A DNA stretch of 64,000 nt from the NCBI GenBank assembly GCA_965261005.1, contig OZ253375.1, positions 352,001 to 416,000 on the forward strand. Direction: 5' to 3'. The notes under the pieces were generated by a model. It saw only the letters and a list, made by a program, of their open reading frames with translations, had not been told where the DNA came from and made no database searches. Within the stretch, counting starts at the first letter, position 1; each line of letters opens with the position of its first letter. A program made the position numbers and the translations under genes. Source of the stretch: Deinococcus sp. Lineage in GTDB: Bacteria > Deinococcota > Deinococci > Deinococcales > Deinococcaceae. Positions 10,718-24,503 of the stretch are shown here, piece after piece.

Positions 10718-11139
10718 CTCGCCCCCGCCGTGGGCGCGTTCACCTGCGCCGCGCCCAGTTGCACGAAGAAGTCGAGGGTATTGAGTTCGTCCCAGTATTC
10801 GTGGAGCAGGCCGTCCCTGACGCGCCAGATGTCAATGGAGCGCAGCTCGACCCGCTGCCCGGTTGGCGGGTAACCCATCAGCGGGCGCGTGAAGGTGCCG
10901 GTGTACTTGAAGCGGCCGATCAGGGTGTTGCCGTCCTCGAAGACATCCTCGACCGTCACCGCGAAGTCGAGCAGCGCGGGCACAAAGCCCTCGAAGAACA
11001 CGGCGACCGAGCCGGCCTTGCCGGGGGTGGCGAAGGCGTTGTGGTTGACGTACTCGGGGTGCAGGATTTCGGCGTAGCCTGCCTGGTCGCGTTCGGTGAG
11101 GGACCGGGCAAATTGGTAGGCGAGGTGGGCGTGGGACAT
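10714..11139 (-). CDS. SnoaL-like ester cyclase (NTF2 fold)
   Basis: HPEYVNH, TVEDVFEDG, GTFTRPLMGYPPTGQRV, DIWRVRDG..EYW; AGGAG RBS. Confidence 0.85.
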   Translation of the reverse strand: MSHAHLAYQFARSLTERDQAGYAEILHPEYVNHNAFATPGKAGSVAVFFEGFVPALLDFAVTVEDVFEDGNTLIGRFKYTGTFTRPLMGYPPTGQRVELRSIDIWRVRDGLLHEYWDELNTLDFFVQLGAAQVNAPTAGAR

Positions 11140-11326
11140 GCTGGACTCCTTGCGGCCATAGAGGACCGCCGCCGGCCGTGCTGACCGGTCGTCTTGGGGT
11201 GGAAGGTCTCTTTGAATCGCGAACCGGATGGCCCGGACGTGCCACCATGCTGCGCCGCCGAGCGCTGAAAAGCCAATCAAGTTTGGCCCCGCACCATCAA
11301 ATTTTTCTATCGGCTAGCATAGCCGC

Positions 11327-11893
11327 ATGGACCTGCGTCAGCTGCGCCTGTTCCTGGCCGTCGCCGAGGAAGGCCACTTTACGCGGGCCGCCGAGCGCGT
11401 GAACCTGTCGCAGCCCGCCCTGACCCATAACATCCGGCAACTCGAAGAGAGCCTCGGCGTGACGCTGTTCGAGCGCACCCCACGGGGCGCACGCCTCACG
11501 CCGGCCGGCGAGGCGCTGCTGCCCGACGCGTACCCCTTGGCGGCACAGGCACAGGTGCCCCCGGCCGCCCTGCACGGCGTCCGGCTGCTGCCCCGCCTGA
11601 GCGAAGGGCAGGACGCGGCCCTGCTCTCGAAGCTGGGCGGCGACCTCAAGGTGATCTACCGGGGCGGCGACGTGGCGGCGCTGCGCGGCTTGGTGGCGGC
11701 GGGCGAGGGGGTGGCGCTGCTGCCGTCCGCTTTGATAGAAGAGGGAAGCGCTGGGTTGACGGCGCGTCCCCTCGCGGGTGGGGCGCCCAGCTGGGCCTTC
11801 GGCCTGGTCTGGCGCACCCGTCACCCGTCGCCCCTGACGACCTTGGCCCAGCGCGTCATCCGCCAGCGCGTGCCGCGCCCAGTTGAGCTGTGA
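11327..11893 (+). pseudogene. LysR-family regulator with in-frame internal deletion of much of the effector-binding domain
   Basis: Intact LysR HTH ([16 protein letters not shown]) but only 188 aa; jumps from LLPDA to YPLA relative to the 302-aa LysR at 18943..19851. Confidence 0.7.
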
Positions 11894-11993
11894 CGAACTG
11901 CAAAAAAGCGCCCCACTTCAGGGCGCCCTCATTCGCCTTTTTGACCGCGTCTTGGCCGCACGGAGTACCAGCGGGCGCTGTCCCCGAGGTTTG

Positions 11994-12127
11994 ATACGGA
12001 TTCCGCTTCATTCCGTACAGTCGAGAACAGCACTCGCCCGTACTCCATACCGCGAAACCCGTATCTCTTTCCTACTCGCTCCGCTCGGAAAATTTCCGAA
12101 ATGTACGGAAATTTTCGGAATCTGTGT
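11994..12127. repeat. Deinococcus-type small non-coding repeat / MITE-like element
   Basis: Terminal inverted repeats ATACGGATTCCG / CGGAATCTGTGT; internal 11-bp hairpin GAAAATTTCCG..CGGAAATTTTC; CTACTCGCTCCGCTCGG core. Confidence 0.7.
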
Positions 12128-12710
12128 AATACGGGCGTAGCGAGGGCAGCAGCACGTGGTCGATCACCCGGAGGATCAGGGCCTCGTCCACAGGCAGGCC
12201 CAGCGCCGCCGTGTAGTGAAACGCGATTCCGGGGAAGACCTCGGCGATGGTGGAGACGTCCACCTCCGCTGAAATCAGACCTGCGGCCACGGCGCGGTCG
12301 AGCACCTGCCGAAACAGCCGGTCCGCAGGAGAACCCAGCGCTGCCCGCGCGGCGGCACGCAACGCTGGGTCGTGCCGGGCGGCCGTGTGCAGCCTGGCGA
12401 GCACCTGCTGACTGCGCCCATCTTCTTTGAGATAGGCCCACCCGCAGGCCAGCAGGTCCGCCCGCAACTCTCCGGTGTTCGGCACTTCGGGCGCCGGAAA
12501 CAGCTCTTGGGCCGCCGCGATCACCAGCGCCAGTTTGCTGGGCCAGCGCCGGTAGATCGTCGCCTTGCTGGCCCCGCACCGTTTGGCGACGGCTTCCACG
12601 GTCAGCCGTTCGTACCCTTCTTCGATCAACAGGTCTTGGGTGGCCCGCAGCAGGGCGGCCTGAACGCCCGCGTCGAGCGGGCGGCCAGTGGGACGGGCGG
12701 AAGCGGTCAC
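12072..12710 (-). CDS. TetR/AcrR family regulator (alternative start ATG 12722)
   Basis: GRP..LLIEEGYERLTVEAVAKRCGASKATIYRRWPSK HTH; PNTGELRADL; TATGCT -10 box 7 nt before GTG. Confidence 0.88.
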   Translation of the reverse strand: MTASARPTGRPLDAGVQAALLRATQDLLIEEGYERLTVEAVAKRCGASKATIYRRWPSKLALVIAAAQELFPAPEVPNTGELRADLLACGWAYLKEDGRSQQVLARLHTAARHDPALRAAARAALGSPADRLFRQVLDRAVAAGLISAEVDVSTIAEVFPGIAFHYTAALGLPVDEALILRVIDHVLLPSLRPYYTDSENFRTFRKFSERSE

Positions 12711-12733
12711 GCTTGACAGCATACGGCATGGTA

Positions 12734-12767
12734 CGGTAGCGTACCGAAACGAAACGAGAGCGTTTCG
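12734..12767. promoter_or_regulatory. Two palindromes, candidate TetR operators
   Basis: CGGTA-GCG-TACCG and CGAAACG-AGAG-CGTTTCG in the divergent tetR/VOC intergenic gap. Confidence 0.55.
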
Positions 12768-12788
12768 ATACTGGAAGGAGTAATTCCA

Positions 12789-13190
12789 ATGACGAACTCT
12801 GAACTGTCCGTCCCCATCCGCATGGACGGGATGAGCCTTCCCGTCGCCGACGTGCTCATCTCCGTCGCCTTTTACAGCCGGCTGGGCTTCAGCGTCGAGC
12901 TGACCGACCCCTCGGGCAAAGGGTTCGCCCTGATGCGCATCGGCGGGGGGACCGTCGGCCTGGCGCGCCAGAAGGGCGGCGAGGAGGCCCCGAAGGTGAG
13001 GGACGGCGTTCATGTCGAACTCAGCACGGAAGACTTGGACGGTCTCTACGCCCAGATGCAGCGCGCGGGCATCGAAGTGGAGACGCCGCCGCATGACCGG
13101 CCTTGGGAGCGGGTGATGGTGCTGCGTGACCCGGACGGCTTCCGGGTGGAGTTCTCCCAAGGCGAGCGCGGCCACAACCGGCCCGAATAA
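12789..13190 (+). CDS. VOC/glyoxalase family protein
   Basis: AFYSRLGF, PHDRPWER, LRDPDGFRVEF; GAAGGAG RBS. Confidence 0.85.
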   Translation: MTNSELSVPIRMDGMSLPVADVLISVAFYSRLGFSVELTDPSGKGFALMRIGGGTVGLARQKGGEEAPKVRDGVHVELSTEDLDGLYAQMQRAGIEVETPPHDRPWERVMVLRDPDGFRVEFSQGERGHNRPE

Positions 13191-13302
13191 CGAGCGGGCC
13201 AGGGCGGCGTTGCTGAGCGCGCCGTTCTCGGAATGTGCCCGACGGCTGTTTCCGGGCGACTGCGCTCAATAGTGCGCTGACAACGTGTCTTCCCAAACCT
13301 CC

Positions 13303-14210
<908 letters not shown>

Positions 14211-14214
<4 letters not shown>

Positions 14215-15359
14215 GCGTTCGCCTCCTGGGCCGCCGCCCCCGCCGCTTGGAACATGTCGGGGTACATCTGAATGAGGGGGCTGTTCACCTCGGCGAGCAA
14301 CGCCTTCGCCTCCTCCTCGGCGGTGCCCGCGATCCTCATGCGGACCGGCTTGGTCAGGATGCCCTCCTCCAGCGCGCGGATCACGCCCTTCGCCACCTCG
14401 TCGGCCCGGGTGATGCCGCCGAAGATATTCACGAATATGCTCCTCACGTCCGGGTCCTTGCTGACCAGCTTGACCGCGTTGTAGACGATGTCCGCCTTGG
14501 CCCCGCCGCCGATGTCGAGGAAGTTGGCGGGCTTCGCCCCGGCGCGGTTCACCACGTCGAGGGAGGTCATCACGATGCCGGCGCCGTTCCCCAGCACGCC
14601 CACATTGCCGTCCAGCTTGACGTAGGCGAAGCCGTAGGCCGCCGCCTCGGTCTCCAAGGGGTGCTCGGCCTCCAGCTCGCGCCAATCGGCCAAGTCCTTG
14701 TGGCGATACATGGCGTTGTCGTCGAGGTCCACCTTGGCGTCGAGGGCCAGGGGATCGCCCTGCGCGTTCACGAACAGCGGGTTGATCTCGGCCAAGGTCG
14801 CGTCCATGCCGATGGCGGCGTTCGCCAGCTTCACCATCATGTCGGCGATCTTGTTGAGGTTCCCCTTGAAGCCGGCCCGCAGCGCCACCTCGCGCGCCTC
14901 GAAGGGGCGCAGGCCCGTCACGGGGTCCACCCGGTAGCGGATGATGGCGTCGGGGTTCTCGGCGGCGACCTCCTCGATCTCGACGCCCCCCTCGGCCGAG
15001 GCCATCAGGGTGTAGGACTGGACGTTGCGGTCCACGATCAGGCCGACGTAGTACTCGGTGCCGGCGTCTATGTCCACCGCCCGCGTCACCAACACCTTGT
15101 TGACCGTCAGGCCCTTGATGTCCATGCCCAGGATCTTCTCGGCGTTCTCGAACGCCTTGTCGGGGGTCGCGCTGAACTTGACGCCGCCCGCCTTGCCGCG
15201 CCCGCCTACGTGAACCTGCGCCTTGACCACCACGCCGCCCTCGCCGTACTCGCGCGCGATGTCGCGCACCTCGTCCGGCGTGTAGGCGACCTTGCCTTCC
15301 TGCACCGCCACGCCGTAGCGGCGCAGCAAGTCCTTGCCCTGATACTCGTGAAGTTTCAC
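14211..15359 (-). CDS. sucC: Succinyl-CoA synthetase beta subunit
   Basis: [47 protein letters not shown]. Confidence 0.96.
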
Positions 15360-15443
15360 GTTCTGCCTCCTGGGACTGGTCAAAACAGCTTGCCCGCGCC
15401 AGTATAGCCCTGGCAAAGGCCTCAATCCGGTCCGCTGGCGGGA

Positions 15444-15485
15444 CCCCTCACCCCCGGCCCCTCTCCCGCAAGGGGAGAGGGGTGA
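15444..15485 (+). repeat. REP-like palindromic element
   Basis: CCCCTCACCCCCGG followed by CCCCTCTCCC-GCAAG-GGGAGAGGGG hairpin. Confidence 0.6.
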
Positions 15486-15514
15486 AGAGATTGCTTTGCG
15501 CTACAGAGAAGCTT

Positions 15515-15981
15515 TCAGGAGTTTTTCGGTTCAGGCTGGTCTCGGGACGCCGCGCCAGTTTTCACCTGAGCGTCCTGCTTTCTGCGAATGCGCTTGGGGG
15601 TAGGGCGCAGCTCCCTGGTGGTGGGAGGCGCGTCACCGCTCGCTGCGGGGAAGTTCACCGGGGCGAAGCCGGCGTCCACGCGCGCTTGGTCATAAGCCCG
15701 CCCCGCTCCCTCCTCGGTGGCGTACATGCCGCCATAGGGCTTGCCGGCGATCTTGGCGCGCCGACGTGCAGCCAAATATGGCCCGCCGGCGCCTCACCAC
15801 CCATGACGAAGTGCGCCAACGAATCAACGCGGGTGCCCCCATCCTCTCGCCATGCGCGCCGTACCGTGAGGTACCCCGATCTCTGTCCCCGCTGCACGCC
15901 CCACGTGTAGAAGAGCGTGCTTTGGGCGAGGTCGTCATCAATCAGGGCGGGTTGGTCCCAGCCGTTCAGGGGAAGTTCCAT
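15515..15981 (-). pseudogene. Relic of phage-type HNH-AP2 endonuclease (HNH core missing, frameshifted)
   Basis: Frame A: MELPL..ALIDDD..W..GY..R..LAHFVMG; frame [31 protein letters not shown] (AP2 C-terminal helix and NFP). Confidence 0.6.
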
Positions 15982-16030
15982 GTCTCCTTTTTATGTTTAA
16001 CACTGACGTTCCTCCCTTACCCACCTCTGT

Positions 16031-16087
16031 CCGCCGCGCTACCCTCCTGGCGTGTCCACCCTGCTGCGCGCCGAACACGCCGTCCTG
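16031..16087 (+). repeat. 57-bp direct repeat, left copy (duplicated ABC-F promoter/start)
   Basis: 54/57 identical to 19957..20013 by manual alignment. Confidence 0.9.
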
Positions 16088-16249
16088 GGCCGAGGGGAGC
16101 GTCAGCAGTGCCGGGGAACTGGGTCTTCATCAACCACAGTTTGCCCCGGCACTGCTGTCTCTTCCTCTCTTACACAACCTTTACGGCTTCCTGTCGGGTA
16201 CTGAGGGTCAGAAGTCCGGTAGCACCAGCTTCCTCAATGGACGAGCGCT

Positions 16250-16966
16250 TTATTGCTGCTGCCAGCGCCGAATAAACTTCTCCCTGGCCCCCTGCGGGAT
16301 GTAGTCCCCGTGACCAAAGGCGATCTTCTCGAAGACATACCCGCCCAGCCTCTCCACCGAACGTCGTTCATCATTGAGGTCGTCGTAGAACGGCGCACAC
16401 TCCATATGGCCGCCCTCGTTCGTAACCGCATCACCGATGAACAGCACCCCACCGTGACGATGCCACAGGAACGACTGGTGGTCTTGGGCGTGACCGGGCG
16501 TGTCAATCACCTCGATTCCACCCGCCAGATCGAGCGTTTGACCGTGGAGGATACGGTGCTGCACCTTCGCGGGGATGATCTTTGCGTTGGGGGTCCGGAT
16601 GCCGCCGCCCCTGATCTTGACCGGGACCAGGGTCGGGGAGTCGGATTCTAGAATCCCGGCCCCGCCGGGGTTCATCCAGACCGCCGCGCCGCTTTGCTGC
16701 TGAAATTCCCCGACGTTGCCGATGTGATCCGGGTGGGCGTGGGTCAGCAGGACGTGACGAACGTCCTGCGGGGTTCTGCCAAGTTGTCTCACGACCTGGG
16801 CGACGGGGTTCTCGGTTCCCTCAAGCTTCGGGGCGCCGGTGTCGATCACGATCAACCCGTCGTGCGGATCGTCGATGACAAAGACGTTGACAATGTTGAG
16901 AACAAAATCGAGGCTGGCCTGATAAAGGTCGGGTTCGAGCTGCCGAATTTCTAATAAAGTGGACAT
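16250..16966 (-). CDS. MBL-fold metallo-hydrolase
   Basis: IDTG, THAHPDHIG, TPGH, GDA, GHG. Confidence 0.9.
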   Translation of the reverse strand: MSTLLEIRQLEPDLYQASLDFVLNIVNVFVIDDPHDGLIVIDTGAPKLEGTENPVAQVVRQLGRTPQDVRHVLLTHAHPDHIGNVGEFQQQSGAAVWMNPGGAGILESDSPTLVPVKIRGGGIRTPNAKIIPAKVQHRILHGQTLDLAGGIEVIDTPGHAQDHQSFLWHRHGGVLFIGDAVTNEGGHMECAPFYDDLNDERRSVERLGGYVFEKIAFGHGDYIPQGAREKFIRRWQQQ

Positions 16967-17015
16967 CCTGTTTCCTCCGGGGTCTTGCCGTCATGCCGGG
17001 AACGAGGGGCACCAA

Positions 17016-18797
17016 TCATTGCTCAGTTCTCCGGGCCGCGAGCAGCGCCGCGCCGCCCAGCACCAGGGCCGTGGCCGCGACCAACGCGGCCCGTGACCGT
17101 TCCGGCAGACGGCGTGAGCACGCCTCGAGGGCGGCCCGCCGCTCCCCGCTTCCCGTCTGGAACACCTCGTCCAGGTACGCCGCCAGATCGGGCGCGTCCT
17201 GAGGTCCCCCCCGGAAGCCGACGTAGCCGTCCGGACGCACGAGAACCAGGCGTGGCCCGCTGACCCCGTAGCGCCGGTGCGCTTCCCCCTCGCTGTCGGC
17301 GAGGGAGAGCCTCGCCGCTGGCCCTGGGGTGGACATCCCGCCACCCTGCACGATCACGGTGGCGCGCAGGGACGTACCAGCCACCGTGTTTAGGCGGGCC
17401 GAGAGGTCGTTCAGGGCACTCAGGGCCGCCGGGTCAGGGCGGGTCCCGCTGAACAGCAGCAAGCTCCAGGTCCGGCCGTCGAACAAATCGAACAGGTGGA
17501 CCGTTTCCCGGCTGGGCAGGCGGACGAGCATGGCGTCCGGCGCCCGGCGGCCCGCCTTCAGGCCGCGTCCGCCGTGGTCCCGGGTCAGGGGGCTGTCCGG
17601 GTAGTGGATGTTGAGTTCCGTCTGCTGCTGGGCCTGCCACTGCTGCACCACATGCAGCCGGAAGGCGAGCGGCCCAACGGTACGCATGCCCCAGGTGCGC
17701 AGCGGGTTTGGCCGCGTCGCCAGTTGGAAGATGCTCTTGGTGAAGTCGTCCACCACGTGCGCGACCCCACGGCGCTCGGCGTCGTAGCTGTCAAGCAGTG
17801 CGGTGCGCGCGATCCCCCGGTGGACGGAGGCGAGTTTCCAGGCCAGATTGTAGGCGTCCTGGATGCCCGTGTTCATGCCCTGTCCGCCGATGGGGATGAT
17901 GATCTTGGCGGCGTCCCCCATCAGAAACGCCCGGCCCCGCCGGAAGGTGGCGGCCACGCCGTGCCGGAACCGGAGGCGGTTGGTCCACTGGAGTTCCGAG
18001 AGGGTCGCGCCGGGGTCGCCCGACAGCTCGCGGATCACCCCCTGTAACTCGGCCTCGGTGGGCATCGCGCGGTTGCTCGGGTCGGGGTCGGGCGTGAGCA
18101 TGTAGCAGTATCCCCGCTCGCGTCCATCCGGAAGGGGCGGCAGCGGGTTGAAGCCCAGGTAGGCCCCCGCGTGGATGAAGAAGTAGCCGCGCGCCCCCTG
18201 CGGGTGGGACCAGCGAAGGTGCCCGTCGGCGATGCGAATCTGAAACCCCGCGTAGGGCTCGGTCGGGAAGTCGAGGCCGAAGGCCGCCCTCACCGGGCTG
18301 CGCCCACCGTCCGCGCCGATCAACCAGCTCGCGCGCACCTCCTCGGTGCGTCCGTCCGCGTGGGTGAGGGTCGCACCCACCCCCCGGTCGTCCTGGGTGA
18401 AGTTCCCCGCCTCGATGTTGTCTTCGACGGGGCGGCCAATCTCCCGAAGGTGGTCGCGCAGCACGCCCTCGATCAGTCCCTGGGTGAGGATCAGCGGTGT
18501 CCCGTGCGGGCTGTCGCTGTCGTCGTAGCGGTAGTGACCGAGGTACTTGCCGTACGCATGGACGTCCATATCCGTGAAGGTCACCGCGATGGCCTGAAAC
18601 TTGGGCAGCAGGCCCATCGCGGCGTAGACCTCCTGGGTGCGCGGCCACAGCACCGGGGCGCGGGTTTCGGTGGTGGGTCCACTCCGCCGTTCAACGGTGC
18701 GCACGCTGAGTCCCTGGCGGGTGAGTTCGGCGGCGGCGGTCATGCCAACCGGGCCGGCGCCCACAATCAGGACGTCGAGAGGTGGGGAAAGGGTCAT
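17016..18797 (-). CDS. FAD-dependent monooxygenase (PheA/TfdB/Rox-like)
   Basis: IVGAGPVG, GADGGRSPVR, GDAAK..P.GGQGMNTGIQDAYNLAWKL, C-terminal RPDGYVG. Confidence 0.9.
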   Translation of the reverse strand: MTLSPPLDVLIVGAGPVGMTAAAELTRQGLSVRTVERRSGPTTETRAPVLWPRTQEVYAAMGLLPKFQAIAVTFTDMDVHAYGKYLGHYRYDDSDSPHGTPLILTQGLIEGVLRDHLREIGRPVEDNIEAGNFTQDDRGVGATLTHADGRTEEVRASWLIGADGGRSPVRAAFGLDFPTEPYAGFQIRIADGHLRWSHPQGARGYFFIHAGAYLGFNPLPPLPDGRERGYCYMLTPDPDPSNRAMPTEAELQGVIRELSGDPGATLSELQWTNRLRFRHGVAATFRRGRAFLMGDAAKIIIPIGGQGMNTGIQDAYNLAWKLASVHRGIARTALLDSYDAERRGVAHVVDDFTKSIFQLATRPNPLRTWGMRTVGPLAFRLHVVQQWQAQQQTELNIHYPDSPLTRDHGGRGLKAGRRAPDAMLVRLPSRETVHLFDLFDGRTWSLLLFSGTRPDPAALSALNDLSARLNTVAGTSLRATVIVQGGGMSTPGPAARLSLADSEGEAHRRYGVSGPRLVLVRPDGYVGFRGGPQDAPDLAAYLDEVFQTGSGERRAALEACSRRLPERSRAALVAATALVLGGAALLAARRTEQ

Positions 18798-18900
18798 GGT
18801 GGTCCTCCTGGCGCGGGGTGAGCTTGGCTGCGCCCGCCCGGCGTCACCGTCATAATCCCTCGCACCTCCCCGGGGCGTCCAATAGCCAACGGGGGCGCGG

Positions 18901-18919
18901 CCATAGGGTGCGCCTATGG
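18901..18919. promoter_or_regulatory. Candidate LysR box upstream of monooxygenase
   Basis: CCATAGG-GTGCG-CCTATGG palindrome containing T-N11-A. Confidence 0.55.
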
Positions 18920-18942
18920 CTGCCCTGATCGCCCGGACCCGT

Positions 18943-19851
18943 TCACCGGGGCGGAAGTGGATGGGGGGCGACGTCCCGCGCCGCCGCGAGCAGCGCCCGC
19001 GCGATGGGGGGCGGGCGCTCCCGGCGCCAGGCCAGGCCCAGGGTCCAGCGCGGCGGCTCGCCCGCCAGGGGCCGGTGGATCGCCCCTGCCGGGCGGTGCA
19101 TTGCCAGGACCGCCGAGCGCAGCAGGCCCACGCCGTGCCCCGCCGCGATCATGCCGAGAATCGGTTGAAGCTGTATGCCCTCATAGACCACCCGGGGCGT
19201 GAAGCCCGCCCGGCGGCAATGGTCGGTCAGGGACGCGCCCCCCCGGCCGCCCAGGTCGGCCCGGTGCAGGAGGAAGGCTTCCGGCGCGAGCGCGGAGAGC
19301 GGCACCTCCGGCAGCGCGGCGAGGGGATGGCGCTCGGGCAGCACCGCTTGGAAGGTGTCCGTGAGCAGCGGGTAAAAGCCGAGGGTGTCCTCCACGAAGG
19401 GCTCGCTCAGGAAGCCCACGTCCACCTCACCGTTCAGGAGCGCGTGCACCTGCGCCGCCCCCGGCAATGCGCGGGTGTCGGGCACCACGCCGGGGTGAAC
19501 TTCGTCGAGCTTGCGGAACACCTGCGGCATGGGCAAGACGTTGCCGTATTCGGTGAACTCCCAGGCCAGCCGCAGCGTGCGGTCGTCCAGCCCGCCCGCC
19601 TGCCGGGCGCGGCGCACACTTTGTTCCACGTAACCCAGCACGTGGCGGGCGTCCTCGAGAAGGGACTGCCCCGCCTCGGTAAGCTCCGCGCCCCGGGCGG
19701 GGCGGTGGAAGAGCGTGACCCCGAGGTCCTTCTCAAGCTGGCGAACGCGCTGGGTGAGCGAAGGTTGGGTGAGGTTTGAGCGCTGGGCAGCCCGGGTGAA
19801 GTTCCGCTCCTCGGCCACGGCCACGAACAGCTTGAGCTGCTTGAGGTCCAT
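18943..19851 (-). CDS. LysR family transcriptional regulator
   Basis: MDLKQLKLFVAVAEERNFTRAA..TQPSLT; full-length 302 aa. Confidence 0.92.
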   Translation of the reverse strand: MDLKQLKLFVAVAEERNFTRAAQRSNLTQPSLTQRVRQLEKDLGVTLFHRPARGAELTEAGQSLLEDARHVLGYVEQSVRRARQAGGLDDRTLRLAWEFTEYGNVLPMPQVFRKLDEVHPGVVPDTRALPGAAQVHALLNGEVDVGFLSEPFVEDTLGFYPLLTDTFQAVLPERHPLAALPEVPLSALAPEAFLLHRADLGGRGGASLTDHCRRAGFTPRVVYEGIQLQPILGMIAAGHGVGLLRSAVLAMHRPAGAIHRPLAGEPPRWTLGLAWRRERPPPIARALLAAARDVAPHPLPPR

Positions 19852-19977
19852 GGGGTCAGACTATCCGGCATACATACCCAGAAGTGTGTGGGTTCCGAGA
19901 AAACGCTGCAACACCAAAACAGCCGAGGCTGGAGTCCAGGTTTTACCAATCTCCACCCGCCGCGCTACCCTCTTTGC

Positions 19978-22035
<2,058 letters not shown>

Positions 22036-22063
22036 AAGCACGTTTGCCCTCTATACTGCCCAC

Positions 22064-22513
<450 letters not shown>

Positions 22514-22525
22514 AGGGGGTCTGCC

Positions 22526-24490
22526 TTATTCTGCCGTGATCCCCTCGGCCAACACCCGCTCCAGCGCCCCCACCACGCGCGGATCGAATTGTCGGCCCGC
22601 CTGCGCGCGAATTTCCGCCAGCGCCTGGTCGAGGGGCCAAGCCTGTTTGTAGGGCCGCTCGCTGAGCAGGGCGTCCAGCACGTCGGCCACGGCGACGATG
22701 CGGCCGAACAAGGGAATGGCCTCGCCGGCGCGGCCGTGTGGGTAGCCCGAGCCGTCCCAGCGTTCGTGGTGTGACAGCGCGACTTCTTGGGCGGCCCGCA
22801 CCAGCCGCGACGCGCTTCCCGCCAGAATGCTGCCCCCGATCAGCGCGTGCGCCTTGATCCGCTCGAATTCCTCGGGCGTCAGGCGGCCCGGCTTGAGCAG
22901 CAGCGTGTCCGGCACGCCGATTTTGCCCACGTCGTGCAGCGGCGTCACCCGCTCGATCAGCGCCACGTCGTCCCCGGGCAAACCGAGCGCCCGCGCCAGA
23001 GCGCCCGCCAAGCGCGACACGCGGCGCACGTGCTCGCCGGTCTCGTCGTCGCGGTGCTCGGCCGCCCGCGCCAAGCGGTCGATCATCTCGAACTGCGTCT
23101 GCTCGACTTCCCGGGTGCGTGCGTGCACCCGCTCTTCAAGCAGCTGGTTGTGTTCTTGAATGAGGTGTTCGGCGACCTTGCGCTGGGTGATGTCGAGGGA
23201 CGTGCCGATCAGGCCCGCCACCTGGCCCTGCCCGTCGCGGTACACCTGCTTGGTCGTTAGAAATGTCCGGAAGGGCTGGTCGGGGGTGGGATCGCCCGCT
23301 TCGTAGCTCAGGGCTTGGCTGGACGCCAGCACCCTCTGATCGTATTCGCGCAGCGCGTGGGCCGTACTTGGCGCGAATAGGGCGTGGTCGTCGCGGCCCA
23401 GAATCTCCTCCGGGGGGCGCCCGATGCGCCGCGCGCCGGCGGCGTTGATCAGCACGTAGCGGCCCCGCAGGTCCTTGACGAAGATGGATTCCGGCACCCC
23501 GTCCACCACCGCGCGCAGCAGGTTGTGGCTGGTGGCGAGGTCTTCCTCAGCGCGCTTACGCTCCGTCAGGTCGCGCAGGTAGGCGGTGAACCTCAGCTCG
23601 CCGCCGAGGGCAAAGGGCGTGATGGCCAGCTCGCAGGGAAACTCCGAGCCGTCGCGCCGCAAGGCGGGCACCTCGACGCGGCGTCCCAGCACCGGCCCCT
23701 CGCCGGAGCGCAGGTAGTGGGCCATGCCGCGGCGGTGCGCCTCGCGCAGCCGCTCGGGAATGATCAGGGCGCTCAGCTCCCGCCCGACGGCCTCGGCGCG
23801 GGTGTAGCCGAAGGTGCGCTCGGCGGCCGGGTTCCACTCGAAGACGCGCCCCTCGCGGTCCATGCCGATCACGCTGTCGAGGGCCGATTCGAGCACGGCG
23901 GTTTTGAGGGCCTCGCTGTGGCCCCGCTCATTGAGCGCCCGGCGCAGCTCCAATTCGCTCACCACGCCCGCCGCAAGGTCTTGTAAGGTGGCGCGCTCGT
24001 CCGGCGTCAGGTCCGGTCTGGGCGCGGTGTCGAGGATGCAGAGCGTGCCGAGCTTGTGCCCGTTCGGCGCTTCCAGCGGCGCGCCGGCGTAAAAGCGGAT
24101 GTGGGGAGAACCGGTCACCAGCGCGTTGTCCGCGAAACGGGGGTCCAGCGTGGCGTCCGGCACGACCAACATTCCTGGCGCCGCGATGGCGTGCGCGCAA
24201 AAGGAGAGCGAGCGGTCGGTTTGGCGCAAGTCGAGGCCGAAGCAGGCCTTGAACCACTGCCGGCGCTCGTCCACCAGGGACACCAGCGCGATGGGAACGC
24301 GAAGCAGGCGCGCGGCCAAAGCGGCGGCGCGGTCAAAGGCGGCCTCGGGCGCGGTGTCCAGAATCTCGTAGCGGCGCAGGGTGTCGAGCCGTCCGGGGCC
24401 TTCCTGCCCAAATGGACGGTCGTCCACCGGCGGGGTCGGCTGGCCGGGGTGAATGGTCACTTCCCCACGGTAGCGGCGCCCCTCTGACAA
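22526..24490 (-). CDS. GAF-PAS-PAS-HD-GYP cyclic dinucleotide phosphodiesterase (start may be 24460)
   Basis: [19 protein letters not shown]; two [11 protein letters not shown] and [11 protein letters not shown]. Confidence 0.9.
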   Translation of the reverse strand: MSEGRRYRGEVTIHPGQPTPPVDDRPFGQEGPGRLDTLRRYEILDTAPEAAFDRAAALAARLLRVPIALVSLVDERRQWFKACFGLDLRQTDRSLSFCAHAIAAPGMLVVPDATLDPRFADNALVTGSPHIRFYAGAPLEAPNGHKLGTLCILDTAPRPDLTPDERATLQDLAAGVVSELELRRALNERGHSEALKTAVLESALDSVIGMDREGRVFEWNPAAERTFGYTRAEAVGRELSALIIPERLREAHRRGMAHYLRSGEGPVLGRRVEVPALRRDGSEFPCELAITPFALGGELRFTAYLRDLTERKRAEEDLATSHNLLRAVVDGVPESIFVKDLRGRYVLINAAGARRIGRPPEEILGRDDHALFAPSTAHALREYDQRVLASSQALSYEAGDPTPDQPFRTFLTTKQVYRDGQGQVAGLIGTSLDITQRKVAEHLIQEHNQLLEERVHARTREVEQTQFEMIDRLARAAEHRDDETGEHVRRVSRLAGALARALGLPGDDVALIERVTPLHDVGKIGVPDTLLLKPGRLTPEEFERIKAHALIGGSILAGSASRLVRAAQEVALSHHERWDGSGYPHGRAGEAIPLFGRIVAVADVLDALLSERPYKQAWPLDQALAEIRAQAGRQFDPRVVGALERVLAEGITAE

Positions 24491-24503
24491 GACGCTTACG
24501 CCT

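Noticed and set aside
12072..13175. 367-aa extended TetR ORF from the track
   Set aside because: The extension is antisense to the VOC gene; the real start is near 12710-12722.
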